From Fidelibacterota bacterium (GTDB lineage: Bacteria; Fidelibacterota; Marinisomatia; Marinisomatales; TCS55), in contig JAPNQO010000064.1 in NCBI GenBank assembly GCA_027251445.1, forward strand, positions 1-22,633: 22,633 nt of DNA, given 5' to 3'. Each line of letters begins with the position of its first letter. Position 1 is the stretch's first letter. The position numbers were made by a program, and so were the translations under genes. Under the pieces are notes generated by a model. The model was not told where the DNA came from, did no database searches, and saw nothing but the letters and a program-made list of their open reading frames with translations. Positions 1-8,732 of the stretch are shown piece by piece.

Positions 1-912
1 TGGTTTCGGGTTAGCACAGCAGGTATTGTAGACTATGCAGGCGAAGTAATGCATATTGCAGGGAACATGAATGGATGGACTGGAGCCCCATTAAGTCCTG
101 AAGGTGATTCTACATTCTGGTCTGGTCAATATTCCTTTGCTACAGCTGGCGATACTCTTCAATATAAATTCTTAAAAGGAAGCGATAGTTGGGAGTCTAA
201 TGATAATCGTGTTGCCGTTGCAAATCAGGATACTACATTGCAATGGGTCTATTGGAGCAATGTACCGCCAACGGATGTACAACCTGTTAATGTAACATTT
301 ACTCTGAATACCTCTACCGCTCCTGGTTTTACAGATTCCACAAATACTCTTGTCATTCGTGGAAGTATGAATGGCTGGGATGGAGTTGAATGGGAATTGG
401 ATAATGTAGGTGGTGATTATTGGACGTATACCACAGCTGAACCTCTAGCTATGGGTGATTATGAATATAAATATGTCATGCTAGATGCATTAGAAAATGT
501 GAATTGGGAATCAACCGGTAACCGCACATTTTCTCTTGCTGGTGAGACTGAAGGCGTTGATTTAGCTCTTGATTATTGGGAAAGTGGTACCACTCCCCCA
601 TACACACCAACTGATAGTGTGGATGTATGGTTTCGAGTTAATACAGCTGGAATAGTCGGATATGCAGGCGAAGTAATGCATATTGCAGGAACTATGAATG
701 GATGGGCTGGAGAAGCATTGACTCATGAAGGAGATGATTTCTGGTCTGGACATTATTCCTTTGCTGCTGGTACTACCGCAGTTGAGTATAAATTCTTAAA
801 AGGTGTTGATGGATGGGAAACCAATGATAACCGTACCGCTACCGTAACTCAGGATACTACATTAGCATGGATGTATTGGGATAACGCTCCACCGTCTACT
901 GTGCAACCTGTA
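1..912 (+). repeat. Intragenic domain duplication: 1-288 vs 628-912 (period 627 nt / 209 aa)
   Basis: WFRVSTAGIVDYAGEVMHIAGNMNGW...PPTDVQPV vs WFRVNTAGIVGYAGEVMHIAGTMNGW...PPSTVQPV. The 29-nt block tatgcaggcgaagtaatgcatattgcagg is identical at 34-62 and 661-689. Confidence 0.9.
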
Positions 913-2085
913 ACTAAAACGGTTATTTTTTCTGTGGATTTATCGGAATGGTTAGATGAAGAAGGCGCTACAGGTATGCCCATCTTTAGTGTTGCTCGCG
1001 GAGATGTGATGCAAGTTCGTGGTGGTTTCAATGGTTGGAACGGTGATGATCCAACGGATTCTGAATTAACCAGAACTCCTGGTACAAACATATTTAGTTT
1101 GGCACTTTCTCTAACCGATCTACCAGATCGTGAAAATGAATATAAGTTCTTTATTGAGCATAGTGAAGAGTCTGTTACTCATCTTACCTCTACATATGGT
1201 GAGCTGTGGACCGATATGGGTTGGGAAGATTCACCAGCGTTTGGTGGCGGAAATAGAATTTTCGCATTAGGAGATGATGATGGTACTGGCTTATTAGAAT
1301 TAGACTTAGCTGGATATTATGATCTTCCTGCTGGTGCAGTTGTTCCTGCAGGACAGGAAGTTTCTGTTATGTTTACCGTTGATATGACAGGAGCAAGCTC
1401 AGATGGCTTTGATTCTGCTGAAGATTCTGTCTATATCAAACTGGAAGATAAATGGTTAAATTATTTACAGGGATTTGACGATGGTCAAAAATTTGCAGCG
1501 ACCAGCAATGGTGATGGATCCTATTCCGCAACCGTTGATTTTGTTGGTCCATTAGCATGGCATATGATCTACCATTGGGAATTTCTCGATATGTCTGAAT
1601 CTGTTATTGTAAGTGAAGGCGGCGGTTTTGGTTTTGGCAGATTCCGTGCACGATATATGCATTCCAACTCTGATTTTGATTGTAGCTGGGGAGATTGGGA
1701 TTTCGAAGATGATACATGGCAAAAAGATCCACCTCTTCCTGTAGAAGAATGGGATCCAGATGGAGTATGTATCGCGCTATCATTAGTAAATGATATGGTG
1801 CCTACAACATTTGCTTTATCGGACAATTATCCGAATCCATTTAATCCAACTACTAATATTTCTTTTAGCATACCAATGCAATTAGAAGTGCGGATTAATA
1901 TTTATAATATTATGGGTCAGCTTGTAGCAAACGTAACAAGAGCTCAATTAAATGCTGGTACCTATAATGTTCAATGGAATGGAACAGACCAAAGTGGCAA
2001 TATGCTTCCTAGTGGGTTGTATTTCTATGAGCTTGAAGCTGGAAATGAATTCAGGCAAATTAAGAAAATGACTCTGGTCAAATAA
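1..2085 (+). CDS. Secreted multi-domain carbohydrate (starch/alpha-glucan)-binding protein with tandem CBM20/CBM48-like Ig domains and a C-terminal T9SS-A/FlgD-Ig-like sorting domain; 5'-truncated by the window edge
   Basis: Frame +1 is open from base 1 (WFRVSTAGIVDYAGEV-MHIAG), so ATG 49 is internal. Repeated modules 'V.F.V/L......I.G..NGW...L......W......YKF/Y.....WE...NR' are typical of CBM20-like domains. The C-terminus reads 'DNYPNPFNPTTNISFSIP...SGLYFYEL...KKMTLVK'. It lies next to a GH97 gene. Confidence 0.8.
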   Translation, partial: WFRVSTAGIVDYAGEVMHIAGNMNGWTGAPLSPEGDSTFWSGQYSFATAGDTLQYKFLKGSDSWESNDNRVAVANQDTTLQWVYWSNVPPTDVQPVNVTFTLNTSTAPGFTDSTNTLVIRGSMNGWDGVEWELDNVGGDYWTYTTAEPLAMGDYEYKYVMLDALENVNWESTGNRTFSLAGETEGVDLALDYWESGTTPPYTPTDSVDVWFRVNTAGIVGYAGEVMHIAGTMNGWAGEALTHEGDDFWSGHYSFAAGTTAVEYKFLKGVDGWETNDNRTATVTQDTTLAWMYWDNAPPSTVQPVTKTVIFSVDLSEWLDEEGATGMPIFSVARGDVMQVRGGFNGWNGDDPTDSELTRTPGTNIFSLALSLTDLPDRENEYKFFIEHSEESVTHLTSTYGELWTDMGWEDSPAFGGGNRIFALGDDDGTGLLELDLAGYYDLPAGAVVPAGQEVSVMFTVDMTGASSDGFDSAEDSVYIKLEDKWLNYLQGFDDGQKFAATSNGDGSYSATVDFVGPLAWHMIYHWEFLDMSESVIVSEGGGFGFGRFRARYMHSNSDFDCSWGDWDFEDDTWQKDPPLPVEEWDPDGVCIALSLVNDMVPTTFALSDNYPNPFNPTTNISFSIPMQLEVRINIYNIMGQLVANVTRAQLNAGTYNVQWNGTDQSGNMLPSGLYFYELEAGNEFRQIKKMTLVK

Positions 2086-2100
2086 CCAACCGTATTTATG

Positions 2101-2137
2101 ATATAAAAAGGGGTTCATTTTGAACCCCTTTTTATAT
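2101..2137. terminator. Rho-independent terminator (bidirectional type)
   Basis: Perfect 17-bp inverted repeat atataaaaaggggttca-ttt-tgaacccctttttatat with A/T tracts on both sides, 15 nt after the stop at 2085. Confidence 0.9.
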
Positions 2138-2177
2138 TCTGGTAATGCTTACTTTTTTAATCAACCATAGGAAATTT

Positions 2178-4310
2178 ATGAAGGTATTTCAGCATCTATT
2201 ATTTTGCGCATTCTTAGTATTATCTGTTTCTTGTGTATATAATGATTTTAACAGAGATCATTATCTCTTATCGCCCGATGAATCGCTTTCATTCACACTC
2301 CATTCAGATGAACAAAAAGTTTCTTATACCCTGAAGAAAAATAATCAGCTTTTGATTGAAAAGTCTCAATTAGGGCTTTTGGCTGATCAATTTGAATTGG
2401 CAGAAGGTTTGGATGTGAAAAAAGTAACCCGTTCAAGAAAAAATGAAACGTGGACACAAGTCTGGGGTGAGCAAAAACATATCACAGATAATCATAATGA
2501 GTTAGCCGTTCATTTATCATCCAAGACGAATCAAATGCAGATGGTTATTCGTTTTCGATTATTTAATGATGGCTTGGGTTTTCGCTATGAACTTCCTGAA
2601 CAAAATGAGATGAATGATTTTAAAATTTTGGATGAGCTAACTGAGTTTAATTTTTCAGAAGATTCTGAGTCCTGGTGGATTCCTGCCTATGCATACCGTC
2701 GATTTGAATTTTTATATGCCAATACTCCCATTAGCGATATATCCCGTGATACGTATTCAAAGTTAGTTGAAAATTTAAATGGTCCACGATTAGGGCCTGA
2801 AGCTGTTCATACCCCTTTCACTGTGCAACGAAATGATGGCATTTGCATTGCCATCCATGAAGCAAATCTTACCAATTATTCCAGCATGACTCTACAAGCC
2901 AGTGGTACCAGTAAGATGGAATGTGACCTTGTCCCCTGGTCAGATGGCACAAAAGTGTATGCGTCACTTCCCTTTCAATCGCCCTGGAGAACCATTATAG
3001 TTGGAAACAATCCAGCTGAACTAGCGATGTCCACTCTTACCTTAAATCTGAATGAGCCAAATAAACTATCTAACACAGATTGGATCGAACCTGGAAAATA
3101 TATTGGTATTTGGTGGGAGATGATTGGTACGAATCAATCTACATGGGGATCAGGTGCTCATCATGGAGCGAAAACACAAAAAGTAAAGGATTATATCGAC
3201 TTTGGTTCAAAATACGGATTTAAGGGCGTTTTAGTAGAAGGATGGAATACTGGTTGGGATGTGAACTGGTGCTGTTCCGGTGATGGCGAAGCATTTGACT
3301 TTTATCATAGTCATCCAGACTTTGATTCTAAAGAAGTAAAGGAATATGCACGAAAGAAAAATATTCGGATCATTGGACATCATGAAACGGGTGGTCAAAT
3401 ACAGAATTACGAATCTCAATTAGATAGTGCCTTTGCATATGCACAACGCAATGATATACGAGTTATTAAAACGGGATATGTTAACGATGTGAGTCAAAAC
3501 ATCAGTAGAATCGGTGCCGATGGAAACGTCTACAAAGAATGGCATCATGGACAATATATGGTAGAGCATTTCCGAAAAGTTATTGAAACAGCAGCAAAGT
3601 ATCAGGTAAGTCTGGTACCTCATGAACCAATCAAGGATACCGGAATTCGACGTACCTATCCAAATATTTTATCTAGAGAAGGTGCAAAAGGACAAGAATT
3701 CAATGGATTTATGTCTACAAAAGATAATAATAAACCAAACCATACAACCATCCTCCCATTTACACGTTTATTATCAAGCCCAATGGACTACACTCCTGGA
3801 ATATTTAATATTAAAGAATATCGGTATAATAGCCCTGATGATAGGACGATCAATACGAACCATCATATACCTAGCACCATATCGAAAGAATTGGCATTAT
3901 ATATTGTTGTTTATGCACCAGCGCAAATGGCTGCGGACCTTCCAGAAAATTATGTAGATCACCCGGCCTTTCAATTCATTCTGGATGTACCAACTGATTG
4001 GGAACAGACTGTAGTCTTAAATGGAGAAATTGGTCAATATATCACTACTGCAAGAAAAGACATCCAAAGTGATGACTGGTATTTAGGAAGCATTACCAAT
4101 GAAAAAGGCAGAGATCTTACTATCAATCTTTCTTTTCTTGATTCTGGAGTTCGATATCAAGCCACCATCTATAAAGATCCAACAAATGGCGGATGGGAAA
4201 CTAATCCAGAGGAAGTTGTAATTGAATCAATCATGGTTGAAAAGAATGATGTATACAAAGTATCCCTTATGCCAGGAGGCGGACAGGCCATTCGCTTCTC
4301 TCCTATGTAA
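2178..4310 (+). CDS. Glycoside hydrolase family 97 (SusB-like alpha-glucosidase/glucoamylase, probably the inverting subfamily); probable lipoprotein
   Basis: GH97 motifs: FRLFNDGLGFRY, PWRTIIVG, WIEPGKYIGIWWEM, YIDF...VLVEGWN.GW, HHETGG, KTGYV, HEPIKDTG.RRTYPN...EGAKGQEF, PMDYTPGIF, QMAAD. ATG 2178 is preferred over 2145 because AGGAAA precedes it and it gives the signal/lipobox MKVFQHLLFCAFLVLSVS-C. Confidence 0.93.
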   Translation: MKVFQHLLFCAFLVLSVSCVYNDFNRDHYLLSPDESLSFTLHSDEQKVSYTLKKNNQLLIEKSQLGLLADQFELAEGLDVKKVTRSRKNETWTQVWGEQKHITDNHNELAVHLSSKTNQMQMVIRFRLFNDGLGFRYELPEQNEMNDFKILDELTEFNFSEDSESWWIPAYAYRRFEFLYANTPISDISRDTYSKLVENLNGPRLGPEAVHTPFTVQRNDGICIAIHEANLTNYSSMTLQASGTSKMECDLVPWSDGTKVYASLPFQSPWRTIIVGNNPAELAMSTLTLNLNEPNKLSNTDWIEPGKYIGIWWEMIGTNQSTWGSGAHHGAKTQKVKDYIDFGSKYGFKGVLVEGWNTGWDVNWCCSGDGEAFDFYHSHPDFDSKEVKEYARKKNIRIIGHHETGGQIQNYESQLDSAFAYAQRNDIRVIKTGYVNDVSQNISRIGADGNVYKEWHHGQYMVEHFRKVIETAAKYQVSLVPHEPIKDTGIRRTYPNILSREGAKGQEFNGFMSTKDNNKPNHTTILPFTRLLSSPMDYTPGIFNIKEYRYNSPDDRTINTNHHIPSTISKELALYIVVYAPAQMAADLPENYVDHPAFQFILDVPTDWEQTVVLNGEIGQYITTARKDIQSDDWYLGSITNEKGRDLTINLSFLDSGVRYQATIYKDPTNGGWETNPEEVVIESIMVEKNDVYKVSLMPGGGQAIRFSPM

Positions 4311-4336
4311 TGGATTAATATCCTATTACCATTACA

Positions 4337-6103
4337 TTACTTAAGTAATACTACTTTTTTTATCTCATAATTAAAATTAGTTCGAAGATGGATAAAATAT
4401 ATTCCACTGGCTTGATTGCTTGCGTTCCAATGTATATCCTTCTTCCCTGTTATCTTTCTATTATCAATGAGTGTTTCTACTAATCGACCTAAGGCATCGT
4501 AAATATAAATTGAATATGGTGTTTCAAGTAAGTTGTTGGGATTTATTGCAATAGTTGTTGAACTATTAAACGGATTGGGATAAATATCCATCATCCTGTA
4601 TTCATCCGGAGTAAAGTTATTATGAATGGAAAGTGGAAATACTTCCGTATTACCATTTACCAGTAAATAGCGTTGATTGATATGGGGAATATCATATACA
4701 TATTTTTCTGCAGTATTCGGCCAATATACTATTAACGAATCAATAGCACTGTCTGAACCCAGACCAAAATGCTGAATCAATGTATTTTGTGAGCAATATC
4801 CATTTCCTGCAAATACAGCACTTATTTGTTCCCCGGATGCACTATAAAGTATGAGTTTTGAACCAATTGCATAGGGATCGGAATTATTATCCAGTTCACT
4901 ATTCCCATTAAGTTGAAATTGTATCCAATTTTGTGTGGGAGAATCATTTCTGTATACTAATATGGATCCATCCGATGATGGATGTCCTGCTGCTATAATA
5001 TCCAAATCTCCATCATTGTCCAAATCCCCATAGGCCGAACCAAAACCATTATTAAAACTTTGTAATCCAGCTGAAACACTAGCATCTGCAAAGGTGCCAT
5101 TGCCTAAATTTTGAAAGAATGAATTTGGGACATTACCAAATCCAGATTCATTATTATTAAATATATCAAGCCATCCGTCATTATCTGCATCGAAGAAAAA
5201 TGTCCCCCAAGCCATACTCCCTGCTATATCTTCCACGCCAGCTGAATCTGCAACATCATCAAATACCCCATCGGGTGAATTTTTTAATAAGGAATTTTCA
5301 TACAAGTTGGATGTATAAATATCGAAATACCCATCCCGGTCATAATCCCCAACTGCAACTCCCATACCCATCACAGGAAGATTTACATTGCTGGAGCTAG
5401 ACATATCAATAAACATTCCTGCATTTTCTTTTCGTAGTAAAATATTTCCCAGATTCCCATCCTGAGTAATGAAAATGTCATCATCTCCATCATTATCATA
5501 ATCCACAAACGATAAACCCATAACAAGCCCGTTACTTTGGGGACCGCTTGCATTCATGTTTTGTGCAACATTTATAAAGGTTCCATCACCATTATTTTGA
5601 AATAAATAGTTATTTTCGGTTAGTCTACCTACATATAAATCAACAAAACCATCCTTATTAACATCATTCCAGGCTCCTCCGCGTATTCCGCCATTTGCCA
5701 CAATACCAGATTGGGTTGTTACATCCGTAAAACTGCCATCGCAATTATTTTTATATAGGAAGCTATTACCGCTTAATGCACCGATAAAAAGATCCAGACA
5801 GCCATCATTATTATAATCTGCTGCTAGAGGTAATCTTGTCGGTGATGACGTTGTAATCCCTGCTGCAAAGGACACCTCTTCAAAGTCCATATTTCCAAGA
5901 TTTTTAAATAGCACATTGGATCCTGTATTATTATCAGAAATAAATACATCTTCTAAGCCATCATTATTATAATCAAAAATACATACCCCTTCACCCCTAA
6001 TATCATAACTCATACCACTCATTATCGTGACATTCGTGAATTGAACCTGTCCATAAAGAAATCCAGATATACATAGGAATAATAGATGATTTATATGTTT
6101 CAT
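4337..6103 (-). CDS. CRTAC1-family protein: FG-GAP/VCBS-like Ca-binding repeats + ASPIC/UnbV domain + T9SS-A-like C-terminal domain
   Basis: Signal peptide; seven D-x-D/N-x-D-G-x-x-D repeats (DYNNDGLED, DYNNDGCLD, DVNKDGFVD, DYDNDGDDD, DYDRDGYFD, DADNDGWLD, DLDNDGDLD); ASPIC-like 'AIGSKL...GNGYCSQN....HFGLG......L.V.WP'; C-terminal 'IYPNPFNS...KKVVLLK'. Confidence 0.88.
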   Translation of the reverse strand: MKHINHLLFLCISGFLYGQVQFTNVTIMSGMSYDIRGEGVCIFDYNNDGLEDVFISDNNTGSNVLFKNLGNMDFEEVSFAAGITTSSPTRLPLAADYNNDGCLDLFIGALSGNSFLYKNNCDGSFTDVTTQSGIVANGGIRGGAWNDVNKDGFVDLYVGRLTENNYLFQNNGDGTFINVAQNMNASGPQSNGLVMGLSFVDYDNDGDDDIFITQDGNLGNILLRKENAGMFIDMSSSSNVNLPVMGMGVAVGDYDRDGYFDIYTSNLYENSLLKNSPDGVFDDVADSAGVEDIAGSMAWGTFFFDADNDGWLDIFNNNESGFGNVPNSFFQNLGNGTFADASVSAGLQSFNNGFGSAYGDLDNDGDLDIIAAGHPSSDGSILVYRNDSPTQNWIQFQLNGNSELDNNSDPYAIGSKLILYSASGEQISAVFAGNGYCSQNTLIQHFGLGSDSAIDSLIVYWPNTAEKYVYDIPHINQRYLLVNGNTEVFPLSIHNNFTPDEYRMMDIYPNPFNSSTTIAINPNNLLETPYSIYIYDALGRLVETLIDNRKITGKKDIHWNASNQASGIYFIHLRTNFNYEIKKVVLLK

Positions 6104-6198
6104 AGGGTCTCTAAATTACTATTGAATATTTTCCATATTCTATAAATGTGGTTAAAAATATAGTGGCATAGTAAATTATAAAATCAAAAATATTTCTA

Positions 6199-6204
6199 TA
6201 TAAT
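6199..6204 (+). promoter_or_regulatory. Possible sigma70 -10 box (TATAAT) 7 nt upstream of the tlpA ATG; possibly a leaderless transcript
   Basis: Perfect TATAAT at 6199-6204, ATG at 6212, no Shine-Dalgarno in between. No convincing -35 box, and the region is very AT-rich. Confidence 0.35.
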
Positions 6205-6211
6205 TTAATCA

Positions 6212-6670
6212 ATGATGATAAAAATATATTTATTACTATTTATTTTACCTTTTGGGTTTATTTCCGGGAAAGATTTAGGGGTTTCTAAAGTCATCACCAT
6301 TAATCAAGATACTCTATTATTATCAGATATAATCAATAATGAAAGAGCAACCCTTATGTATTTTTGGGCCACTTGGTGTGAAACATGCAAAAGAGAAACA
6401 CCAAAAATCATTGATTTAAGCAATGAGTATCCTGATGTGCAATTTATTCCATTATCGTATGCATCTCCAGCCAACAGTGTAATCGACTACTTTTCCAATA
6501 AAGATTACAATATGAATACATACATAGATTATTCCGGGTCAATATTTAGCACATTCAATGTATCAGCAACTCCAACTATTGTAATAATGGATAAAAATAA
6601 TAAAATTCTATTCAATGGATACAAGTCAAAACGATTCTATAAAAAATTATTAAATAAACTGCATTCATAA
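6212..6670 (+). CDS. TlpA/ResA-family periplasmic thiol-disulfide oxidoreductase
   Basis: N-terminal hydrophobic signal; 'YFWATWCETCKRETP' CxxC motif; cis-Pro loop 'FNVSATPTIVIMDK'. Confidence 0.9.
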   Translation: MMIKIYLLLFILPFGFISGKDLGVSKVITINQDTLLLSDIINNERATLMYFWATWCETCKRETPKIIDLSNEYPDVQFIPLSYASPANSVIDYFSNKDYNMNTYIDYSGSIFSTFNVSATPTIVIMDKNNKILFNGYKSKRFYKKLLNKLHS

Positions 6671-6671
6671 A

Positions 6672-7631
6672 TTGTACTACCGAATTACCATTATATCATT
6701 TTTTATTTTAATTCTTTCCCAGGCAGCGTATGCCCAAGGCGGGATTAGCTGAAGACGACCAATACTCCCAGGTGGGAGTTTATTACAATACAGTAAAGCC
6801 TTAGAAAACCAAATTTCATTAGGTATTGCTTATCAGCATGAATATTTGTCCAATCCTATCTATGGGACAAACTCAATCCCAAATTATAATAAAGAACGTA
6901 CGGATAATAGCACCACAACTCTTATTGTGAGTGCAGGTATTACGGATAAAATTTCCGTTTCAACGTTTATTCCCTATCGGTATATCTTAAATGAAAAAGT
7001 ATTATTTAGAGGTCAATATCATAATCAATATGAAGGTGGATTATACTCGAGAGAATCATACGGTATTGGGGACATCATTGTTCAAATGAATTATCAATTT
7101 GATCTATTCAACGGTCGGTTTCCTATATTAGTTGGAAGCGGATTAAAATTAGCCAATGGAAAAATTAATTCGAAAGATATCTACGATGAACGTATTAACG
7201 ATAATCTGCAAGTAGGATCCGGAAGTATTGATCCAATATTTTCCATATACACCAATGAACCATTTGGGTCATTCATGGTATCATCCGGTTTATTTACTCG
7301 AATATCTGCTCGAGAAAATATTTACGGATATAAATATGGTAATGAGCTTCATGGGTTGGCAAATGTTGATTTTATCGGTTCTGACTATTTTTTTGGAGGA
7401 ATTCAATTGTATTATCTTCTTTCATCCAGAGATACGTATGAATATGGAAAAATAGCACGAGATCGTGGAGGTGAAAGTATTTATATCAGTGCAAAGCTGG
7501 GTATTAAACTCACCGATGATTTTGATTTAGAATTAATAATGCAGAATCCCATCCATCAAAATTTGAACGAAAGTCAACTCACCTCGAGTAATTCCATACA
7601 GATAGGAACATTATACCGATTTACATTATGA
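6672..7631 (+). CDS. Outer-membrane beta-barrel 'transporter' (COG4313/Phenol_MetA_deg-like); predicted selenoprotein of 319 aa with Sec at codon 27 (TGA 6750-6752)
   Basis: TTG 6672 lies 1 nt after the tlpA stop and is in frame with the 6846-7631 ORF: MYYRITIISFFILILSQAAYA|QGGIS*RRPILPGGSLLQYSKALENQISLGIAYQHEYLSNP... It has an AxA signal-peptidase site. Barrel-family motifs: FIPY, GIGDI, GLKLANG, LQVGSGSIDP, GYKYGNE, PIHQNLNESQL, and a terminal strand ending YRFTL. A SECIS-like hairpin follows the TGA. Confidence 0.75.
6761..6784 (+). promoter_or_regulatory. Putative bacterial SECIS element
   Basis: Stem ACTCCC (6764-6769) / GGGAGT (6774-6779) with apical loop AGGT, extendable by AATA/TATT across a 2-nt bulge. 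The core stem starts 11 nt after the in-frame TGA. Confidence 0.7.
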
Positions 7632-8677
7632 TAAAAAATTGCACCATAATTAGTTTAATCATTTTTTTATCCTGTAGTCTCTACGAAGATACAGAACAGC
7701 CAGACATATACTTTCAAATAAATGATTTTGATATGTTACCAATGGGAAGAACTATATCAGATATGATGATGGGGCCAAATAATAACTTCCTGTACTTATG
7801 TGATTATAATAATAATTCAATGATTAAGATTTCTACACAGGGCACTATGAAAATTTTGAATGAACTGGTAGTAGGCTCACATCCGATCGCAATGGATATA
7901 TCACCTGATAAATCACATATAGCTGTTGCCATGGAAGGCGAAAGCAATGTATATCTGATTTCATTAGAAGATTTTACTATTTCAACTATTATATCAGTAT
8001 CCTTAATGAATATGAATGATATTGTATTTGTTAATTCTAATCGATTGCTCTTATCCTCTACTACAGATCCAACGGTTATTACATATGATATTGACTCAGA
8101 TACTGAATCTAGTCAATCAATACTTAATGGAGAATTGCTCATTGATCAAGAAGATTCCATAGCATACGTAGCCTCTTCTTCCTCTATAAAGAAGTATCAT
8201 ATATCAAACAATCAAGCTTCATTATCTCCATATGTTGCAGACCCATTTGGATTTTCTGCTACAATTAATCACTTCATTATTAATGATGATATACTATATG
8301 TATGTCTTAATAATAAAGAAGATAGCGAAAGTATTAGAAGTATATATTCATATAATGCAAACACATTAACATTCGCTGGTAAATATCAAGTTGGATCACC
8401 AGGGCTCGGTGTAGTTGTAGATACAAATAATGAAAGAATCTTTATTGCCCCACAAGATGCAGATGAAAATGGTGTTTTTATTATTGAATTTGATGCACAG
8501 ACAAAATTAGAAAAAAATTACTATTTAGCTGCTGGAAATTTGAAAGAAAAATGTATGGTTATCGATCAAACATCTTCATATATCTATATATTAGTGAATA
8601 CTCCTGGAGACAATGATTCCTTTGAACCGTACAATGACTACCCATTTGATCTTCAAAGGATTGAAATATACAATTGA
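7628..8677 (+). CDS. YncE/YVTN-like beta-propeller lipoprotein
   Basis: Lipobox IIFLS-C; YVTN-like blades 'VGSHPIAMDISPDKSHIAVAMEGESNVYLI' and 'VGSPGLGVVVD'. The ATGA start overlaps the upstream barrel stop. Confidence 0.72.
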   Translation: MIKNCTIISLIIFLSCSLYEDTEQPDIYFQINDFDMLPMGRTISDMMMGPNNNFLYLCDYNNNSMIKISTQGTMKILNELVVGSHPIAMDISPDKSHIAVAMEGESNVYLISLEDFTISTIISVSLMNMNDIVFVNSNRLLLSSTTDPTVITYDIDSDTESSQSILNGELLIDQEDSIAYVASSSSIKKYHISNNQASLSPYVADPFGFSATINHFIINDDILYVCLNNKEDSESIRSIYSYNANTLTFAGKYQVGSPGLGVVVDTNNERIFIAPQDADENGVFIIEFDAQTKLEKNYYLAAGNLKEKCMVIDQTSSYIYILVNTPGDNDSFEPYNDYPFDLQRIEIYN

Positions 8678-8712
8678 TTAAAAACCCCCAATGAACCATT
8701 GAGGGTTTTTAA
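8678..8712. terminator. Bidirectional Rho-independent terminator between convergent genes
   Basis: ttaaaaacccccaatg-aac-cattgagggtttttaa: 16-bp arms with one mismatch and A/T tracts on both sides. Confidence 0.85.
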
Positions 8713-8732
8713 AGAGATAATTATATTAAATA

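Noticed and set aside
49..51. ATG 49 as the start of the first gene
   Set aside because: The frame is open from base 1 and this Met matches an internal Met of the repeat copy at 676, so the gene begins outside the window.
4307..4335. GTAATGG...CCATTAC inverted repeat between the convergent GH97 and CRTAC1 genes
   Set aside because: The 7-bp stem is weak, the loop is large and there is no U-tract, so it cannot be supported as a terminator.
6750..6752. Simple pseudogene (nonsense mutation) or alternative genetic code interpretation
   Set aside because: Disfavoured but not excluded. The rest of the gene is intact, a correctly spaced SECIS-like hairpin is present, and no other gene in the window needs TGA read-through.
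6846..7631. ORF-track start at TTG 6846 (261 aa)
   Set aside because: It gives a barrel with no signal peptide and leaves 175 nt unexplained. The upstream in-frame segment encodes a clear signal peptide coupled to tlpA.
8675..8712. TGA followed by a hairpin at the end of the propeller gene as a second Sec site
   Set aside because: The hairpin starts immediately after the TGA, has A/T tracts on both sides and lies between convergent genes, so it is a terminator. Read-through would run into the opposite-strand gene.
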